Shown here: positions 15,601 through 20,000 of the stretch, one piece after another | Layout of the letters: each line of letters begins with the position of its first letter | Numbering within the stretch: position 1 is the first letter of the stretch | Source of the DNA: an uncultured virus (IMG/VR IMGVR_UViG_3300015608_001493) | Taxonomy: Duplodnaviria; Heunggongvirae; Uroviricota; Caudoviricetes | Length of the DNA: 20,000 bases | Virus record (IMG/VR): IMGVR_UViG_3300015608_001493 | Direction: 5' to 3' (one strand) | The notes under the pieces: model-generated | Databases searched by the model: none | What the model was told of the DNA's origin: nothing | Seen by the model: only the letters and a program-made list of their open reading frames with translations | Made by a program: the position numbers and the translations under genes

Positions 15601-18600
15601 TATTTCTCGGTCTATTTCTGATTTGCGCTGAAGCATTTTTGCTTTCTCTAAATCTTTTCCTACTTTTGGAGTACCATCAAAATACACGTCTCGCTTCATC
15701 CCTTTAAGTTCTTGACGCAGAGTTTGTATTTTCTTCAGACTCTCTTTTTTAGCAAGTATATTGTCAACTTCCATTGTTGAAACAATATCATTAATCTGAT
15801 CATAAATGTTGATCTGATCTTGTTTTACCTCCTCGAACAACTCTTGTTCCTCAGGTGTAGTTAATAAAGATGTGTATCGAGAGTAATATTCAGGGGTAAA
15901 CTCTTGATGCCAGTTAGAGTTTAACCAAGATTCAAACTCACGCTTTGTATCAAAATATGCTTTCTTAGTTTCTTCGGATTCACTTTGTTTCCATTTCAAT
16001 CGAAGTTTATCTACTTCTTCCTTCTTAACATCATATTCGTGAAGGTTTTGAAAAGGGTTTAGAACCTCTAACCTTTCTTTAATTTCAAACTCTCCTGTCT
16101 CTGAGTTAAATATTCTTGTAGTTCCAACAGTTACAAGTTGCTCTTCAATATCTTTATCAGTGATATTGAACTGTTGTTTTAACTCTGTTACTCTTTGTCC
16201 AAAATCTTGCGCTCTTTGCAGCACACTAGTTTCTACTTCTGCAAACGCTTTTTGCATTAACCTACCAATAGAACCTATAAGTGGATCACCAGAGTTATGA
16301 AGAGTTTTTACCCAAACGGTAAGGTTATCTATATCCTTAGATTCTCCAATAAGAATCTTAAATAAGTCTTCTGGGGTTTTTAAAAGACTCTTTAGTTCAG
16401 CAATTCTTTTTTCCAATCGTTGTTTTTCAACACCTTCGCTTTTATCTAAACGTGATGTAAAATCTTCAATTTGTGAGTTTATTGTGGCGTTATATGATTC
16501 AAACTGATCTTTAAGTTTTTCTCCAATTACTTGGTTTGAAAGATCTAGGGCTAACGCTTTGGTTCTTGTGATTTGAGTATCAAGTTCCCCAAACACTGAA
16601 TCCATTGTGCTAGTATGGGGTAAATCTTTCGTAAGTTTACGAAAAGATCTGATATATTCTTGCCAATCTGTACCCATTTTACTTATAGCGTACAACTCTT
16701 GGATTGCTTTTTCCAAATTTTCTTCGCTTCCTTTTTCGATCAAATCTCTGGTAGATTGAAACTTTGAGTTATTAAGGTTCTTGAAAAACTTGGTAGTTGC
16801 TTCAATAGTCATCAAATATTGAATAAGTGCCTTCTCGTAGTTGTTTGCCTCATCTACAAGGTTGGAAGCATTCTTAGCAAGATTGAGTGGAAGGGTAATA
16901 TTTCCATAAGCATCTTTAAACAGAGAATTAGATTCACCCATTTGTTCAAGAATATATTCAGTACGTTTGGTATCACCTAATTCTTTTTTGAGAATATCAA
17001 ACGCTTTCTTTACTTTTTGAATAACCTCGGATTGTTCAATCAACTTCATTTCTCCAACAAAATCTCTTTCTTTCTCTTCCCGTTGTTTACGTTGTTCTTC
17101 TCTATCTAATCTGGTTTTTAAATTAACATAAGATGATTTTCGAGAGTTAAACCTTTTAAAAGTGTGAGGAATATTAAGTGTTTTAACAGAGTTATCTATC
17201 ACCAAAGGTTTTTCACTACCTTCCATTAGTTCTTGAAGAGAGTTTGTTTCATATTCTTTGATGACTTCTCCTGTTTCTTCGTTGATAACAACCTGTGGAA
17301 TATTGATTCTTTCCACCTTACCTAAGTGTGCAAGTCTTTCTCTAAGAACTTCATTCACAGGCATTTGTGTAAAGAATACAATTTTATCAGGTCCGATAAA
17401 TTGAATTTTATCTTCTAATTCTTTACCTAATGAAGTAAGGTTAGCAGTTTTAAAAAATTCATTGCGCTCGTTAATCTTACGCTCATCAAACAGAAAGTCT
17501 CGTTTCTCTTTTGCTGATCCTTTATACCCTTGATAATCCAGGATTGTGTCATTAAGGTTTATAAAAATCTTATCATAAGGTTTAATATAGGTGTTTCCTA
17601 CTGATTCAAGAACTTGGGTTTTGTTCATAAACTCCGCAAGAGAAAACATGTCATCTGCTAACGTTGCGTTTTCTATTTTAAGATCAGTGGTATCTAACCC
17701 TGTTATTTTGTTTGCGGCAAGGATAAAAGGATCGCTTTTACCTTTAATCCATTGAAAGAAGGTCTTAATCCATTTTAAAAGAGTATCAACCAACGAAGGA
17801 CTTCCAGACCAATAGTTAAACATTTCTTTATCTGTAAGATAAAGACTAACCAGTTTAGCCATTGTTTCTCTTTGAAGTCTTTTTGTATCATTTCCATAAA
17901 CTGCCCGATAATCTTGAACCACCTTTTTGTAAAGTTTTGTATGAGGTACTTCTGAGTAAAGGGCTTGTTTGAGAGAGTGATCTTCTGGAAGAAGTTCTAC
18001 AAAAAAGTGAGCAGCCTCCTCAGCAAGTGCTGATTCTTTTCCTCTTTGCAGATCAATAATAAACTCTTTAATTCGAGCAACTCCATTTACACCTCTGTTT
18101 TCTAATAAATCATCTAAAACATTAATTTCAAAGTTTGGGTTTAACTTCTTTGCAAACTCAACTAGCGTAGAATACAACTCAGAAGTTATTTGAGTTGAGT
18201 TATAACTTCCAGGAATTTGTAACATGATGTTTGTTAAATCTCTCTTTGAATCAATAGTTACCTCACTCCAAGTGTTACCATATTCGTCAGTAATTAATAC
18301 AGGGTTATATCCTTGTTTTTTAAGGATGTTAGTAATAGTGGTTTCGTAAAAATTATAAATAGGTTTTAATGCACCAAACCCTTCTCTTTCTAGTCTTTCA
18401 AGTTCTTGTTTAAGTTGGTTTATTTCCCTATTTATATCCTCTTCAAATATAGGTTTGGCAACTGAGTCCTTTATATATAAGAATTTTACTCCTGTTGCAT
18501 TTTCCCCTTCTTCTCCTGTTAAAGAGGTTTTATCTTTTAATTGCTCTAAATCATCTTTCCATATAGCAAAACCGTCTTTTAAATTACCGTTTCCGGATGA

Positions 18601-20000
18601 AACTTTTAAAATCTTAGCATCATTTTTTCTATAAACCGAAGATTGTTCATATATACGTTTAATTTTATTTTCTTCAAGTTTTTTAATTCTATCTTCTTTC
18701 TGTTTTTTAAACTCTTCCAAAGTATCATGTCCTTCTATTTTACTAGCTGTATTACCAGTAGGAAACAATACTTTCTCGTAACCCTTCTTAGCACTATCTT
18801 GAATAATAGATTTGATAAAGAATGTTACCCAGTTATTATTTTTGTTTAGGAGTTGTAGGAATTGGTTTTGAGAAGCATCTACTTTTTTAGTAGGAGATTT
18901 ATATGCTACAAAATATTTACTGCCATCGTTTTCTAAATTATAGTCTTCTGTATAAAAATAAAAATTATCATTTTCATAACTCACACCACCAGGACCATAC
19001 TCAGGTGTTAATTTTAAATCATTTATTTGTTTATTAAACTCTAAAAAACTCAGTTCTTTTCTTTTAGTTGTAATATAATTAGTCGCATCAATATTAACTA
19101 AATTATCTCTATCCCTACCTTTCTGAAATAAATCAGATTGTATTTCTAGTATTCTACGAGTTTTAGTAGGTTTACCACCTCTATATTCTTGTTTTGTAAT
19201 AGGTATTAACGTTTCCCCATCCTCAGTATCATATTCAATATATTCTTCTTTTTGTTGAGTATTTTTCTCTGTTTGTTCATCACTTCTAAACCATCCTATA
19301 CCATTATCAGTAGCAAATTGAGCATGACCTTTAATAGATGGTGTAATAGCTCCTTTTCTTACTATTTTGGTATTAGTTTTAAACCAGTTTTTAAATCCTT
19401 CTATATCTTGCTTAGAACCTAATATATGAATTTGTTCTGGTTCAAATACTGTGTAAATATTTGATTCAAAAACTCCCCATCTTTCTCTACCATCAAATGT
19501 GTTTTTTAATATAGTACCATCATTGTTAGCTTCTTTAGCTTTAATTTGTAATTCAAAATAAGATTCATCCCTATATCCCTTACTTTCAAAATCTTTAATT
19601 TTTGGATTCTTAACATTTAAAATAACAGGATAAATATCACTATAATACTCATATTCTGTTCCTGTTTTCCATCCTTTTATTTTATTTAAACCTCTCCTAA
19701 AAGACACAGTATCAAAATCAAAATCATCTTCATAATCTGATATTTGGTCTTTATATATTTTAATCAAGCCATATTGAGCATCTTCTTCTGGAGTTATCTT
19801 ACTTATATCAAACTCATTAAGTAATTCTCTTCCTTTTTTAGTTTCGTCTAAATTTTTAGGAACCGCATAAGTTTTAGCTACTTCGATAGAGTCTGTAAAA
19901 AATATAGCTTCCTTTGCTGATGCTGCTTTAGTAAATGAACCCAATTTGCTTTTATCAAATGATTCTATTTTATTTAAGCTACCATGATAAACAATATCTT
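12673..20000 (-). CDS. Giant multidomain (polyvalent/ejection-type) virion protein, 5'-truncated by the window (>2440 aa)
   Basis: The frame stays open past the TTG at 19944 to the window edge (DIVYHGSLNKIESFDKSKLG...). Contains ART-PolyVal-like motifs, an EIQSD domain, an EEAAH zincin-like motif, long helical/coiled-coil regions, and a C-terminal GQTLLYFKNW...RRRF...EGYWRTF motif plus hydrophobic helix reminiscent of crAss-like cargo proteins. Confidence 0.85.
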   Translation of the reverse strand, partial: DIVYHGSLNKIESFDKSKLGSFTKAASAKEAIFFTDSIEVAKTYAVPKNLDETKKGRELLNEFDISKITPEEDAQYGLIKIYKDQISDYEDDFDFDTVSFRRGLNKIKGWKTGTEYEYYSDIYPVILNVKNPKIKDFESKGYRDESYFELQIKAKEANNDGTILKNTFDGRERWGVFESNIYTVFEPEQIHILGSKQDIEGFKNWFKTNTKIVRKGAITPSIKGHAQFATDNGIGWFRSDEQTEKNTQQKEEYIEYDTEDGETLIPITKQEYRGGKPTKTRRILEIQSDLFQKGRDRDNLVNIDATNYITTKRKELSFLEFNKQINDLKLTPEYGPGGVSYENDNFYFYTEDYNLENDGSKYFVAYKSPTKKVDASQNQFLQLLNKNNNWVTFFIKSIIQDSAKKGYEKVLFPTGNTASKIEGHDTLEEFKKQKEDRIKKLEENKIKRIYEQSSVYRKNDAKILKVSSGNGNLKDGFAIWKDDLEQLKDKTSLTGEEGENATGVKFLYIKDSVAKPIFEEDINREINQLKQELERLEREGFGALKPIYNFYETTITNILKKQGYNPVLITDEYGNTWSEVTIDSKRDLTNIMLQIPGSYNSTQITSELYSTLVEFAKKLNPNFEINVLDDLLENRGVNGVARIKEFIIDLQRGKESALAEEAAHFFVELLPEDHSLKQALYSEVPHTKLYKKVVQDYRAVYGNDTKRLQRETMAKLVSLYLTDKEMFNYWSGSPSLVDTLLKWIKTFFQWIKGKSDPFILAANKITGLDTTDLKIENATLADDMFSLAEFMNKTQVLESVGNTYIKPYDKIFINLNDTILDYQGYKGSAKEKRDFLFDERKINERNEFFKTANLTSLGKELEDKIQFIGPDKIVFFTQMPVNEVLRERLAHLGKVERINIPQVVINEETGEVIKEYETNSLQELMEGSEKPLVIDNSVKTLNIPHTFKRFNSRKSSYVNLKTRLDREEQRKQREEKERDFVGEMKLIEQSEVIQKVKKAFDILKKELGDTKRTEYILEQMGESNSLFKDAYGNITLPLNLAKNASNLVDEANNYEKALIQYLMTIEATTKFFKNLNNSKFQSTRDLIEKGSEENLEKAIQELYAISKMGTDWQEYIRSFRKLTKDLPHTSTMDSVFGELDTQITRTKALALDLSNQVIGEKLKDQFESYNATINSQIEDFTSRLDKSEGVEKQRLEKRIAELKSLLKTPEDLFKILIGESKDIDNLTVWVKTLHNSGDPLIGSIGRLMQKAFAEVETSVLQRAQDFGQRVTELKQQFNITDKDIEEQLVTVGTTRIFNSETGEFEIKERLEVLNPFQNLHEYDVKKEEVDKLRLKWKQSESEETKKAYFDTKREFESWLNSNWHQEFTPEYYSRYTSLLTTPEEQELFEEVKQDQINIYDQINDIVSTMEVDNILAKKESLKKIQTLRQELKGMKRDVYFDGTPKVGKDLEKAKMLQRKSEIDREIYEYQPNYQKFRTEFTILLNTMDIEEDVYQTLMSLVNKESFSELYQYAKENAPFEILDWLNDNTVTRFTQEWYDERAQLSEGISQLTNEINELQGVTTLDLKEEWESLMNLASPLRDEDNILDGSVSTPEIQKKVLSYEQKIEDAKRAAREEAKGVYSIEIKEKKKTLTELIKKLQSIQSKSTTDAYNEQFVTIARESGFLEKFNSKYPGLQIEENSNLNAVINTLEFRSFVENENDEFTKWFKDNHFLKSSIVDGNEVFNWSPTYIWMKIEPIESKNILMVPSMQYSIRQVKPEFKTEKVDWVTWNPINKKWLPKSQTYFNQAYLKLMQGSNEGLKQILKEITEYHLETQSDPYTPREAKIGFGLPSVAKRDLETGEYFKNMFQNFIQKENRFEEGEGNYSETEGEKKSLKQRFISWLNGVTGKEEPSENSTDNVARYTRIAVPYSHYMEPERVSKDILLTTIMFAGSTAKSQRMLKESKLFRLIEDSLQSTSLQLDQRGRPVDTNKNRYKAFRFYLDHHVYGMNKQYELGKYGKQIDQTLTRVRKLNTIGTLGLPFGFANTLKNNLQGRLQNIIGNQFANWSSPSSMRKASLNLGTNFFKFMSEIERDPKDRSLDYYILTFFNPHHLKLGELILKGGSKRLLQERHIYLFNEGMEFSISANLLYGHLYHKKVKGENGEVKTLYEILEKKDSKLSIKPGFVDYRTGKPIDMDYMMNLKLGYHTVLEYTQGKVDSKTLLSTYTIGQTLLYFKNWMIPMLRRRFDKSRPNYMVGEEIEGYWRTFGRLSYQMLKDFVQHGKLYWNTYTEEEKRNYMTTLNEIVFVIGSSILISLVFGFDADDPDKFKKLKDNSYAENLALLMVLQAKSETETLSMMPFFNVESQVIPPVFTETLRLVKNPTTGFAAAEDLSKMIDATYGLVLGKENAYYQKNIPQFNIEKGDSKLEHYFTKFIQYDNWLYATENPEGRIQSFIAMIKR
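19381..20000 (-). other. ADP-ribosyltransferase-like (ART-PolyVal-type) domain within the giant protein
   Basis: VYHGS...FDKSKLG...IFFTDS..VAKTYA...IYPVILNVKNP...DGTILKN...YTVFEPEQI matches the conserved motif order of this family. Confidence 0.75.

Noticed and set aside
12334..18849. Plus-strand ORFs 12334-12564, 13158-13352, 15221-15472 and 18643-18849
   Set aside because: Short antisense shadows of well-supported minus-strand genes.
19711..19725. DFDFD, resembling the DxDxD catalytic motif of crAss-like virion RNA polymerase
   Set aside because: It sits in an acidic insert within the ART-like domain with no double-psi beta-barrel context; probably chance.
19942..19944. TTG given as the start of the giant ORF
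   Set aside because: The frame is open to the window edge and includes the VYHG motif upstream, so the true start is outside the window.
1..20000. Stop-codon reassignment as known in some crAss-like phages
   Set aside because: The standard code gives uninterrupted long ORFs and near-complete coding density. No gene here ends in TAG, but there is no positive evidence of recoding.
1..20000. CRISPR arrays, tRNA/rRNA genes, invertible shufflon repeats
   Set aside because: No regularly spaced repeats, no non-coding space for RNA genes, and no inverted cassettes or recombinase were seen.

Overview
This window is a fully minus-strand, densely packed, AT-rich virion/late gene block of a tailed phage. 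The host is most likely Bacteroidota and the phage looks crAss-like (Crassvirales-related); both are inferences. In transcription order (right to left): (1) the 3' part of a giant (>2440 aa) putative ejected 'polyvalent' protein, with an ART-PolyVal-like ADP-ribosyltransferase domain, an EIQSD domain, a degenerate zincin, a degenerate HAD domain and a helical C-terminus with a hydrophobic segment; (2) two small paralogous proteins with a shared 'DCC' N-terminal domain; (3) four mosaic fibre/tailspike-like genes, one with a pectate-lyase-type beta-helix; (4) a free-standing HNH endonuclease; (5) a small putative adhesin-like protein; (6) a partial ORF. Two things stand out. All four fibre genes begin with Sec-type signal peptides followed by Gln (Bacteroidetes Q-rule), which is unexpected for cytoplasmically assembled phage fibres. 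The HNH gene is bracketed by a diverged duplication of the last 9 codons, stop and start junction of the upstream fibre gene, so it looks like a silent, precisely removable 521-bp insertion. Domain calls are by motif recognition only; no searches were run.
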